Source of the DNA: Acidobacteriota bacterium
Lineage (GTDB): Bacteria > Acidobacteriota > Vicinamibacteria > Vicinamibacterales > UBA2999
DNA length: 64,000 nt
NCBI GenBank assembly: GCA_016184455.1
Contig: JACPCS010000102.1
Span: forward strand, 11,962 to 75,961
Direction of reading: 5' to 3'
Shown here: piece after piece, positions 26,659 to 35,050 of the stretch
Position numbering within the stretch: the stretch's first letter is position 1
Layout of the letters: each line of letters opens with the position of its first letter
The notes under the pieces: model-generated
The model's input: only the letters and a program-made list of their open reading frames with translations
The model's database searches: none
Told to the model about the DNA's origin: nothing
Position numbers and translations under genes: made by a program

Positions 26659-28488
26659 TTACGACGCGCACTCGCCGTCCATCACGACGGTTTCGAAGAC
26701 GTGCGTCTCGCCGAGATCGACGTAATCGTCCGCGGCCGCCTCGTGCTGGCCGAGCTCCGCCAGGTCCTTCAACGCGTCGGTGGCAATCGCCGCCGGAATG
26801 CGCCTGAAGAACGCGCCGAGCGACTCGCCGGGCGTTCGCCGTTCCTGATAGAGCGTCAGCAGCCGATCGATCGCGGCCGTGAGCCGCCGGACGGGCACCT
26901 TCGACACGACGCGCCCGAACGCCGCACCCGACTCGGTGCTCCCGCCGCCGACCAGCACGAAGTACTGGGGCAGCGCGCGATCGCCGAGCTTGCGAACGCT
27001 GCCCTGGAACCCGATCGCGGCAATGTGATGCTGGCCGCAGCCGTTCGGGCACCCGCTGATCTTGATGTCGCCCTCGTGGACGAGCGCCACGAACTCCGGA
27101 TGCTGATCGAGGTACTCCGTGAGGATGCGGCCGAGACCGCGGGACTGCGTCACCGCCAGCCGGCAGCTCTCCGCGCCGGGGCAGCTGACGACGTCGGCCA
27201 CCGTGTTCGCGCCGGCCGCGCTGAGGCCGGCCGCCTGCAGTCGTTGATACAGCTCCTGCAGCGCGCCAACCTTTACCCAGCGGAACAGCACATTCTGCGC
27301 GATCGTGAGGCGCGCGGTCCCATCGCCGTAGGCTTCCGCGAGATCCGCGAGCACCTGCATCTGCCCCGCCGTCGCGTCGCCGAGCAGGAGCCGCACCGTC
27401 ACGTGCACGTAACCGGCCTGCCGCTGGAGGCCGACGTTGGTGTGCATCCAGGTGAGATAGGCGTCAGAGAACGTCTGCAGCCTTACGGTGCCCGGCATGA
27501 TGCCGGGGCCGTGCACGGCGACAGTCCCCGCCGTCCGCTTGACGACATCGACGTCGGGCGCCGGGAGCGGCGTCCAGTCGGGTGCCTCCTCGACCTCAGC
27601 GGCAACGGCGTCGGAGCTGAAGGGCACGCCGCCTTCCGCCCGGATTTCGGTCAGCGCTTCCTCGAACTTCGCGCGCCAGGCCTCCCATCCGAGCTGGCGG
27701 ATCATGAACTTCATGCGGTTCCGCTGCCGGTGCTGGTAATCGCCGTTCCGGTGGTACACGCGCACGATCGCCTCGGCCACCTCGAGCATCTCGTCGGCGG
27801 GCATGAAGTCGTAGACGAGTCCGCCCGACGTCGGCAGGATCGAGGTGCCGCCGCCCACCGTCACACGGAACCCGCGCCGGCCGTCGACGATGCGCGCGTA
27901 CCAGCCGATGTCGTGAATCGACGCCATGGCGTGATCCTGCGGACAGCCCTCGAAGGCGATCTTGAACTTCCGCGGCAGCACGCCTGCAAGTGGATGACGC
28001 AGGAAATACCGCGTCAGCGCCTCGGCATACGGCGTGACGTCGAACACCTCGTCGTGCGCGATGCCGGCATACGGGCACGCGGTGATGTTCCGGACCGAAT
28101 TGCCGCATGCCTCGCGCGTCGTGAGCCCCACGTCTCCCAGCTCCCGCATCGCGCGTTCGGCATCGGCCAGCAGCACGAAGTGAAACTGCATGTTCTGCCG
28201 AGTGGTGATATGGCCGAAGCCGCGCGAGTACTTCGCAGCGACCTCTCCCAGCGCGCGCAGCTGCTCGCCCGTGACGATGCCCTGCGGGATCTTGATTCGG
28301 AGCATCTGGACGCCGTCCTGCCGCTGGCCATAGGTGCCGCGGAGCAGCCGGAACCGACGCCAGTCGTCTGCGGACACCTCGCCGCGCTCGTAGCGCCCCA
28401 GCATGTCGACGAACTCGTCGATGTCCCGCTCGTCGGCGAACGACAGCCGTCCTCGTCCGAACGTCCGCACGTCATCGATTGCGGCCAT
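26659..28488 (-). CDS. ferredoxin-type sulfite/nitrite reductase (siroheme, [4Fe-4S])
   Basis: Two NIR_SIR repeats are present: TTRQNMQFHF...TREACGNSVRNITACP and VVSCPGAESCRLA...ISGCPNGCGQHH. Confidence 0.85.
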   Translation of the reverse strand: MAAIDDVRTFGRGRLSFADERDIDEFVDMLGRYERGEVSADDWRRFRLLRGTYGQRQDGVQMLRIKIPQGIVTGEQLRALGEVAAKYSRGFGHITTRQNMQFHFVLLADAERAMRELGDVGLTTREACGNSVRNITACPYAGIAHDEVFDVTPYAEALTRYFLRHPLAGVLPRKFKIAFEGCPQDHAMASIHDIGWYARIVDGRRGFRVTVGGGTSILPTSGGLVYDFMPADEMLEVAEAIVRVYHRNGDYQHRQRNRMKFMIRQLGWEAWRAKFEEALTEIRAEGGVPFSSDAVAAEVEEAPDWTPLPAPDVDVVKRTAGTVAVHGPGIMPGTVRLQTFSDAYLTWMHTNVGLQRQAGYVHVTVRLLLGDATAGQMQVLADLAEAYGDGTARLTIAQNVLFRWVKVGALQELYQRLQAAGLSAAGANTVADVVSCPGAESCRLAVTQSRGLGRILTEYLDQHPEFVALVHEGDIKISGCPNGCGQHHIAAIGFQGSVRKLGDRALPQYFVLVGGGSTESGAAFGRVVSKVPVRRLTAAIDRLLTLYQERRTPGESLGAFFRRIPAAIATDALKDLAELGQHEAAADDYVDLGETHVFETVVMDGECAS

Positions 28489-29305
28489 AGCTCACCTCAT
28501 CGCCGGCTTCCACCGGCGTGGACCCGCCTTCGCCAGGTCGGGTCGCGCGCGACCCGACAGCCAGTGCTGGCTGGACGGTCTGCTCCGCAGACCGTCCCTG
28601 GCGGGCAAGCGCATGACTGATCCGGACCACTTCACCGATTACCAGCACGCCCGCCAGTCCGGCCGGCGGTTGCGCCGTTCCGAGCTGCGCGACCGTACCC
28701 GTCCAGGTCCATTCTTCGTGGGTCGACGCCGCGCAGACGATCGCCGCGGGCGTGTCCGGCTTCCAGCCCTGCGCGAGGAGACGCTCGGCGATCGCGGCGC
28801 GATCCGCGAGTCCCATCAGCACGACCAGCGACACGCGGTTCGCCTGCACCCCCCGGATGCCCGCCTCGAACGCCTCCGTCGCGTGACCGGAGACCACCAG
28901 AAATGCAGAGGCGATCCCGCGATAGGTCACCGGAATGCCTGCCAGCGCCGGCGCCGCCGTCGCCGACGTGACGCCGGGCACGACTTCGAAGGGAATCCCC
29001 GCCATCGCGAGCGCCAGCGCCTCCTCGGCGCCGCGGCCGAAGACGAACGGATCGCCACCCTTCAGACGGACGACTCGCTTGCCCTCGCGCGCCGCGTGGA
29101 TCATCACACGGTTGATCGTCTCCTGCCTCACGCTGCGGCGCCCCGCGCGCTTGCCCACGCAGAAACACGGCGCACGCGTCACGGCACGGAGGGCCTGTGC
29201 GTCGACGAGCGCATCGTACAAGACCAGGTCCGCCTCCTCGAGACGACGCACGGCGCGCACCGTCCAGAGCTCGGGATCGCCCGGCCCCGCGCCGACGAGC
29301 GACAC
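28472..29305 (-). CDS. cobA: uroporphyrinogen-III C-methyltransferase
   Basis: From the GTG at 29305: [18 protein letters not shown]...[18 protein letters not shown]...VPGVTSA. The ORF track extension to 29422 translates the palindromic array. Confidence 0.85.
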   Translation of the reverse strand: MSLVGAGPGDPELWTVRAVRRLEEADLVLYDALVDAQALRAVTRAPCFCVGKRAGRRSVRQETINRVMIHAAREGKRVVRLKGGDPFVFGRGAEEALALAMAGIPFEVVPGVTSATAAPALAGIPVTYRGIASAFLVVSGHATEAFEAGIRGVQANRVSLVVLMGLADRAAIAERLLAQGWKPDTPAAIVCAASTHEEWTWTGTVAQLGTAQPPAGLAGVLVIGEVVRISHALARQGRSAEQTVQPALAVGSRATRPGEGGSTPVEAGDEVSYGRNR

Positions 29306-29309
29306 TCGT

Positions 29310-29405
29310 CCGGGATGCGGGATCCGGGACCCGGGATTCGGAAGGTTCTCGGCTCGTCGACTGTGATTTCCGCGGGATCCCGGACCCCGGATCCCGGATC
29401 CCGGC
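29310..29405. repeat. inverted heptamer arrays (GGGAYYC x4 / complement x4) around a 33-nt spacer; G-quadruplex-type motifs on both strands
   Basis: The left array has GGG at 29312, 29319, 29326 and 29333. The right array has CCC at 29379, 29386, 29393 and 29400. The element fills the gap between the upstream stop (29406) and the cobA start (29305). Confidence 0.9.
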
Positions 29406-29960
29406 TTATTTCCGCTTCGCATACAGTTCGTTCAGGGTCTCCAGAAGCTGCGGCCGCCGCTCGTGCATCGGCACCCGCTCCGCCTTCCACCGCCGCCGCG
29501 CTTCATCCGCCGCCGACAGCCACTCGTCGAGCCGCGCGGGCAGCCACGCATCGAGCGCCTCGCGCAGCAGCGCTGCCAGGGCCGGCGCCCGGCCATCGGT
29601 GGAGATTGCCACCGTCACCCCGTCGCGCCGGACCACGCCGCCAAGGTACGCCGTGGCATGCGCGGGATCGTCCACGGCGTTGACGAACACGCGGCGCGCG
29701 TCAGCCGCCGCCCGCACGCGCCTGTTCACCTCTTTCGGCGCCGCGGCCACCACCCACCAGGCGCCGTCGAGATCCGATTCCGCGAACGGCCGCCGCAGCA
29801 CGACGACCCCGCGCCGCTCGATTTCCGGCACGACCTCCGGAGCGACGACGGTCACGTCGGCTCCCACCTCGAGGAGCGCATCGAGCTTGGCGGCGGCGAC
29901 CGGCCCACCGCCAACCACGACGACGCGGCGCGACCGGAGATCGAGAAACGCTGGAAACAT
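29406..29960 (-). CDS. precorrin-2 dehydrogenase / sirohydrochlorin ferrochelatase (CysG N-terminal domain type)
   Basis: FLDLRSRRVVVVGGGPVAAAKLDALLEVGADVTVVAP...FVNAVDDP. The ATG is at 29960 (the ORF track TTG is at 29966). Confidence 0.8.
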   Translation of the reverse strand: MFPAFLDLRSRRVVVVGGGPVAAAKLDALLEVGADVTVVAPEVVPEIERRGVVVLRRPFAESDLDGAWWVVAAAPKEVNRRVRAAADARRVFVNAVDDPAHATAYLGGVVRRDGVTVAISTDGRAPALAALLREALDAWLPARLDEWLSAADEARRRWKAERVPMHERRPQLLETLNELYAKRK

Positions 29961-29995
29961 AAACAAAAAGCCCGGGACTCTTCGTCCCGGGCTTT
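29961..29995 (-). terminator. rho-independent terminator directly abutting the next start codon
   Basis: On the minus strand: a 12-bp stem aaagcccgggac/gtcccgggcttt (29967..29995), loop gaaga, then tttttgttt immediately followed by the ATG at 29960. Confidence 0.75.
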
Positions 29996-30123
29996 CGATC
30001 TCGCTCGTGTTGCCGGCTGGTTACGCGTCAACCGCACGGTGGATCGAGAGCGCCGGGACCTCGCTGGTCCCCATACAACAACAGGCGCACGCGCACCCAC
30101 ACAGGCTGAACACGATGGGCGCG

Positions 30124-30152
30124 ATTGTACAGCGCACGGAGTTTTCGGTCAA
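30124..30152 (-). promoter_or_regulatory. near-consensus sigma70 promoter TTGACC-17-TACAAT
   Basis: On the minus strand the -35 is at 30152..30147, the spacer is exactly 17 nt, and the -10 is at 30129..30124. It lies downstream of the thrC stop and about 160 nt upstream of the terminator and ATG at 29960. Confidence 0.6.
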
Positions 30153-30164
30153 ATTTCGCCCGCA

Positions 30165-30267
30165 CTAGCCGGTAGGTGGTAGCTGGTAGCTGGTAGCACG
30201 TCTCGTGGTTCGCGGTGAGTGGTTCTTGGTTCCTGCTACCAGCTACCGCCTATCGGCTACCGGCTAG
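30165..30267. repeat. inverted heptamer arrays (GGTAGCT x4 / complement x4) around a GGTTC-periodic 35-nt spacer
   Basis: GGTAG occurs at 30171, 30178, 30185 and 30192. CTACC/CTATC occurs at 30236, 30243, 30250 and 30257. The right array overlaps the last codons and stop of thrC. Confidence 0.9.
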
Positions 30268-31503
30268 CGAAGCCGCCGCCTGCGGGCCGAGCGCCCGCTC
30301 GAAATCCGCGAGGCTGCGGCCGATCCGCGTCGGCGCGGCCACGCGATCGAACATGACGTCGGCCGTTTTGTACCCGTTGCCGGTAATGCACACGACCACG
30401 GAGTCGTCCGGCTTGATGATCCCGCGCTGGACCAGCTTGCGCGTGACGGCCAGCGTCGTCCCGCCCGCCGGCTCGGTGAAGATGCCTTCGGTACGCGCCA
30501 GCAACTGCACGGCCTCGAGGATCTCCTCGTCGGTAGCGCTGGCGCCGGTCGCTCCGGTCTCATGGACGACGCGCACGACCTGGAACCCATCCGCGGGGTT
30601 GCCGATGGCGAGCGACTTGGCAATCGTGTCCGGCTTGACCGGCTCCGGGAACTCGAGCCCGGCCTCGAGCGCGTTGATGACCGGCGCCGACCCTTCCGGC
30701 TGCGCCGCGTGAATTTTCGGGAGTGGGCCGCTCACCAGTCCCACCTCGCGGAGCTCGCGGAACCCCTTGAAGATGCGCGGCAGGAGCGTCCCCCCCGCCA
30801 CCGGCGAGACCACATGGTCGGGGAACCGCCATCCGAGCTGCTCCGCGATCTCGAACCCCATCGTCTTGGCGCCCTCGGCGTAGTACGCGCGGAGGTTGAT
30901 GTTCGCGAATCCCCACCCGTACCGATCCGCGATCTGCGTGCACAGCCGATTCACGTCGTCGTAGTTGCCTTCGACGGCAACCACCTGCGGCTGATAAATC
31001 GCGGCGCCGAGAATCTTCGCCGGCTCCAGATCGTGCGGGATGAAGACATAGCACGGCAGCCCGAGGCGCGCCCCATGCGCGGCGACGCTGCCGGCGAGGT
31101 TGCCCGTCGAGGCGCAGCCGAACACCTGGAAGCCGAGCTCGACGGCCCGCGTGGCAGCGACCGACACCACACGGTCCTTGTACGAGAACGTCGGATGATT
31201 GACCGAATCGTCTTTGAGATAGAGCTCCGACAGCCCCAGCTCACGCGCGAGGCGCCCGGCCCGCACGAGCGGCGTAAAGCCGGAATGGAAGCCGGTGCGC
31301 GGTTCCTCGACGGGCAGCAGTTCCAGGTAGCGCCAGAGCGAGCGGGGCCGCGATTCGATCAACGCGCGGCTGATCGCGCCGCGCACGGCCGCGTAGTCGT
31401 ACGAGACTTCCAGCGGTCCGAGGCATTCGGCACAGACCCACGACGCCTCGGCCGGGTACGTCGCGCCGCAGAGATGGCACGTCAAGCCCGCGACGAACTT
31501 CAT
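30250..31503 (-). CDS. thrC: threonine synthase
   Basis: The PLP site reads NHPTFSYKDR, with GCASTGNLAGS and ITGNGYK. An N-terminal Cys-rich segment is present. The start overlaps the thrB stop (ATGA). Confidence 0.9.
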   Translation of the reverse strand: MKFVAGLTCHLCGATYPAEASWVCAECLGPLEVSYDYAAVRGAISRALIESRPRSLWRYLELLPVEEPRTGFHSGFTPLVRAGRLARELGLSELYLKDDSVNHPTFSYKDRVVSVAATRAVELGFQVFGCASTGNLAGSVAAHGARLGLPCYVFIPHDLEPAKILGAAIYQPQVVAVEGNYDDVNRLCTQIADRYGWGFANINLRAYYAEGAKTMGFEIAEQLGWRFPDHVVSPVAGGTLLPRIFKGFRELREVGLVSGPLPKIHAAQPEGSAPVINALEAGLEFPEPVKPDTIAKSLAIGNPADGFQVVRVVHETGATGASATDEEILEAVQLLARTEGIFTEPAGGTTLAVTRKLVQRGIIKPDDSVVVCITGNGYKTADVMFDRVAAPTRIGRSLADFERALGPQAAASLAGSR

Positions 31504-32492
31504 AGTGTTTTCCCTACCATCCGTCGAGTCGACTCGGGATACGCGAGCGCCTCGTCCGCACGGGCCGCATGCTGATGCACGCCGAGCGTGCGGACTAACG
31601 CCGCGGAGCCCGCGCGCTCGTACACCGATGCCAGCAGACGCTCCAGTCGCGCAAAGTCGCGCCGCGCGAGGAGCGCCACCGACGGGCCCGCACCCGAGAG
31701 GAACGCCGCCAGAATATCCGGATCCTCGAGCGCCAGCACCGAGGCCAACTGCGGCACCAGTGCGCAGCGCGCCGGCTGGTGCAGACGATCATCGGTCGCC
31801 TCGCGGAGACGCCCGTACTCACCGTGCTGCAGCGCGTGGACCAGCGACAGCACCCGCTGCAGGTTGAACACGGCATCCTTCCGGGGCACCGCCTCTGGAA
31901 GCGCCGCGCGCGCCTTTGACGTCGAGAGGCCGGCCGGCGGCGTCGCCACGACGAGGCGCAGTTCATCCGGCCACTGCCAGGGCAGCGCAGCCGGTTCCCC
32001 GCCGTCATGCTCGATGACCGACACGAGTCCGCCGTACAGGGCGGCGGCCGCGTTGTCGGCGTGTCCCTCGAGTGACGCCGCGACCCCGAGCAGCGTTCCG
32101 ATGCGCACGTCCGTGCCCGTCACATGCTGAAAGACGCGCAGCCCGGCGACTGTTGCTGCGGCACTGCTGCCAAGACCAGCCGCCATCGGGATGTCGCTCT
32201 CCACTTCGACCGAGACCGACGGCGCCGCGACGGCCGTTCGCCGCGCGATCGCCTCGTACGCCCGCTCCACGGCGTTGCGGCCGCTGACAGGAGGGGTACT
32301 GCGCGCGACCGTCAGCCGCGCCTCGCCGTCCGCCCGCACGTCGAGGATGCGGACGCGCAGATAGAGCTGCACCGCAACGGCCAGCGTATCGAAGCCGCCA
32401 CCCAGATTGGCGACCGACGCAGGCACGACGACGTCGTACGTAGGGCGGGTCCCGCCGTGGGCGGACCCGCCGTGAGTGCCTTTAAGTGACAC
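31500..32492 (-). CDS. thrB: homoserine kinase
   Basis: VPASVANLGGGFD, IPMAAGLGSSAAATVAG and HADNAAAALYGG. It starts at the GTG at 32492. Confidence 0.85.
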   Translation of the reverse strand: MSLKGTHGGSAHGGTRPTYDVVVPASVANLGGGFDTLAVAVQLYLRVRILDVRADGEARLTVARSTPPVSGRNAVERAYEAIARRTAVAAPSVSVEVESDIPMAAGLGSSAAATVAGLRVFQHVTGTDVRIGTLLGVAASLEGHADNAAAALYGGLVSVIEHDGGEPAALPWQWPDELRLVVATPPAGLSTSKARAALPEAVPRKDAVFNLQRVLSLVHALQHGEYGRLREATDDRLHQPARCALVPQLASVLALEDPDILAAFLSGAGPSVALLARRDFARLERLLASVYERAGSAALVRTLGVHQHAARADEALAYPESTRRMVGKTL

Positions 32493-32507
32493 GAATTCCA
32501 GAAGATA

Positions 32508-33821
32508 TCACGGCCGCGGGTCATCGCCCAACGCCGGGGCCCCCGTCGCGCTTTCCTGCGCGACAGGGTGGAGCAACATCGGGAGCGCCAGCGGCCGCTC
32601 GGCGTGGAAATCCAACGCGGAGATCTCCTCGAGCGCCCCTCGAAGCGGCGCCTCCTCGCACGCCTCGGCCGTGATCACGAACGGCAGCGCATCCTTCGGA
32701 TAGCCGGGCTCCTGCAGCACCGCATCGAGGTTGATCCGCTGCCGTGCGAGCGCGGCCGCAATTGCCGCCAGGATGCCCGGCCGATCGCGGACGACGAACC
32801 GCAGATAGTACGGGCGCGCCGGCGGATGAGCGACGCGCGCTGCGGGCCACTCCTCGCCGCGCTCGTGCGTCCGCTGCGTGAGCGACAGCAGATCCGACAC
32901 GACTGCGACCGCCGTCGCGAGCCCGCCCGCGCCCGCACCACTGAAGCTGTTTTCGCCGCCGTAGTGACCGGCAATCGTGACGACGTTGTTCGCGCCCATG
33001 TTGAGCCCGAACTGTGAGCCGCGCAGGACGAGTGCCGGCCCGACGAACGCGTGAAACGCCTCGTCGGCCGATTCGACCATGGCGATCTGCCGGATCGTGC
33101 ATCCGAGACGCCGTGCATAGCGGAAGTCGGCGCCCGAGATCGTCCGGATCGACTGCCGCGGAATATCCGAGAGCCGCAGGTGCCGGCGAAACGCGATCCC
33201 GGCGAGCACGACGAGCTTGGCTGCCGCGTCGTGGCCGTCGACATCGGCGCTCGGGTCGGCCTCGGCGTAGCCGAGGCGCTGCGCATCGGCAAGGACGACG
33301 CTCATCGGTTCGTCGCACCCGGCCATGCGGCTGAGGATGTAATTCGACGTGCCGTTGAGAATCCCGGAGACCCGCATCAGGCGATCGCCTGCGAGCCCCT
33401 CGCGCACACCGTGAATGAGCGGCACGCCGCCGGCGACCGCCGCCTCGAACCGCAGCTGCGCGCCGTTGGTGGCCGCCAGGTGCAGCAGCTCCGGCGCGTG
33501 CGCGGCCAGCAGCATCTTATTGGCAGTGACGACCGATGTCCGCTGCGTGAGCGCGCGGCGCACCCACTCCCCCGCCGGCTCGACGCCGCCGACGACCTCG
33601 ACGACCGCATCGGGTTTGGCCGCAAACAGCTCGTCGATGTTCTCCGTCCAGACGACCGACGAGGGCATCCAGTTCGCACGCTTGCGCGCCACGTCGCGAT
33701 TGAAGATGTGCGTGAGCTGGACGTGATGGCCCAGCTCCGGCCGCTCGACGAGGATCTTCGCGACCGAGCTGCCGACCGTCCCGAACCCAAGGAGGGCCAC
33801 ACGCAGCGGTTTTCTGTGCAT
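32508..33821 (-). CDS. hom: homoserine dehydrogenase
   Basis: LRVALLGFGTVGSSV is followed by the catalytic domain (GILNGTSNYILS...ADPSADVDGHDAA) and a C-terminal ACT-like region. Confidence 0.9.
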   Translation of the reverse strand: MHRKPLRVALLGFGTVGSSVAKILVERPELGHHVQLTHIFNRDVARKRANWMPSSVVWTENIDELFAAKPDAVVEVVGGVEPAGEWVRRALTQRTSVVTANKMLLAAHAPELLHLAATNGAQLRFEAAVAGGVPLIHGVREGLAGDRLMRVSGILNGTSNYILSRMAGCDEPMSVVLADAQRLGYAEADPSADVDGHDAAAKLVVLAGIAFRRHLRLSDIPRQSIRTISGADFRYARRLGCTIRQIAMVESADEAFHAFVGPALVLRGSQFGLNMGANNVVTIAGHYGGENSFSGAGAGGLATAVAVVSDLLSLTQRTHERGEEWPAARVAHPPARPYYLRFVVRDRPGILAAIAAALARQRINLDAVLQEPGYPKDALPFVITAEACEEAPLRGALEEISALDFHAERPLALPMLLHPVAQESATGAPALGDDPRP

Positions 33822-33836
33822 CAGGGTAATCGTCGC

Positions 33837-33896
33837 GGCCGGCTTCAGCCGGCCCTGGTCCGCCTGAAGGCGGACGCTACGTTACGCTAGCATAGC
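33837..33896. repeat. REP-like element, copy B (two adjacent 7-bp-stem hairpins plus an ACGTTACG tail)
   Basis: ggccggc-ttca-gccggcc lies at 33837..33854 and gtccgcc-tgaa-ggcggac at 33858..33875. The element is 16 nt upstream of the hom ATG. Confidence 0.85.
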
Positions 33897-34052
33897 GATC
33901 CGAGCATGTCGCGTCGAAACATCTCTCGGGCCGCTCCGCTCGCACCCCACCGCGCAAGCTTGCGCGGCGGGGGCCCCGCGTTGTCGCGGCCCGCACTCCT
34001 CGCACGTGGGCTCGTTGTGATTCATACTCACTCAGTTCGAGCTCGCCAGTAG

Positions 34053-34964
34053 ATGTTTACCATCGGCATCGTTCAGGACCACGCCGGCGCCGACGTCGCC
34101 GGCAATCTCGCGCGCGCCGAGCGGCTCGTAGGCGACGCAGTGCGCCGCGGCGCGCAGATCGTCTGCCTGAAGGAGCTGTTCAACACGCCGTACTTCTGCA
34201 AGTCGGAGCAGTGCGACCGGTTCGATCTCGCCGAGCCGATTCCGGGGCCGACAACCGAGGCGATGCAGCGGCTCGCCCGTGAGCTGGCGGTGGTCCTGAT
34301 TGTTCCGATCTTCGAACGGCAGGCTGCCGGCATCTACCGCAACTCGGCGGCCGTGATCGATGCCGACGGGACGCTGCTCGGCGTCTACCGCAAGATGCAC
34401 ATCCCGGACGACCCGCTCTTCTACGAGAAGTACTACTTCACACCGGGCGACGGGCACTTCGATTTCCACGGCGAGCAGCCGGGCGACGCTGCGGGCTTCA
34501 GGGTATGGAAGACGCGGTACGCGACGATCGGCGTGCTGATCTGCTGGGACCAGTGGTATCCGGAAGCGGCGCGGATCACGAGCCTGATGGGCGCGCAGGT
34601 GCTCTTCTATCCGACCGCCATCGGCTGGCATCCGGCCGAGCGGGACGAGTGGGGACGCGCGCAGGTCGATGCGTGGCGGACGATTCAGTGCGCGCACGCC
34701 ATTGCCAACGGCGTCTACGTCGCGTCGCCGAACCGCGTCGGCCACGAGGACGAGCCCGGCACCAACGGCATCACGTTCTTCGGCCACTCGTTCGTCGCCG
34801 ATCCGTTCGGCCGCTACGTCGCCGAAGCGGGGGACGGCGAGGAGGTGCTCATCGCCGAGTGCGATCCGGCGCTCATCGAGAGCGTGCGGCGCAACTGGCC
34901 CTTCCTGCGTGACCGCCGCGTGGATGCGTACGGACCGATCCTCAAGCGGTACATCGGCGGATAA
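34053..34964 (+). CDS. aguB: N-carbamoylputrescine amidase (nitrilase superfamily)
   Basis: IVCLKELFNTPYFC, YRKMHIPDDP, VLICWDQWYPEAAR and FYPTAIGW. It is adjacent to agmatine deiminase. Confidence 0.85.
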   Translation: MFTIGIVQDHAGADVAGNLARAERLVGDAVRRGAQIVCLKELFNTPYFCKSEQCDRFDLAEPIPGPTTEAMQRLARELAVVLIVPIFERQAAGIYRNSAAVIDADGTLLGVYRKMHIPDDPLFYEKYYFTPGDGHFDFHGEQPGDAAGFRVWKTRYATIGVLICWDQWYPEAARITSLMGAQVLFYPTAIGWHPAERDEWGRAQVDAWRTIQCAHAIANGVYVASPNRVGHEDEPGTNGITFFGHSFVADPFGRYVAEAGDGEEVLIAECDPALIESVRRNWPFLRDRRVDAYGPILKRYIGG

Positions 34965-35048
34965 ATGGGGTCGGAGGTCATTTTTCGAGGACACGCCCCT
35001 GCACCCGCTGCTCGTGTCCTCGAAAAATGACCTCCGACCCCATTTATC
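34960..35048. repeat. perfect 36-bp-stem palindromic element, copy 2 (core GGGGTCGGAGGTCATTT)
   Basis: gataaatggggtcggaggtcatttttcgaggacacg / cgtgtcctcgaaaaatgacctccgaccccatttatc, with a 17-nt loop. The aguB TAA (34962-34964) lies in the left arm, and the aguA ATG (35051) is 2 nt after the right arm. Confidence 0.95.
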
Positions 35049-35050
35049 GG

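Noticed and set aside
30021-30074. A 17-codon leader peptide (MGTSEVPALSIHRAVDA) within the leader of the siroheme operon.
   Set aside because: It has no Shine-Dalgarno sequence and no Cys/Met-rich regulatory codons. It is mentioned only as a possibility under the attenuator finding.
34005-34035. A Rex operator-like sequence TTGTGAttcatactCAC upstream of aguB.
   Set aside because: Only one half-site resembles TTGTGAA-N4-TTCACAA. The second half is poor, so this is likely chance.
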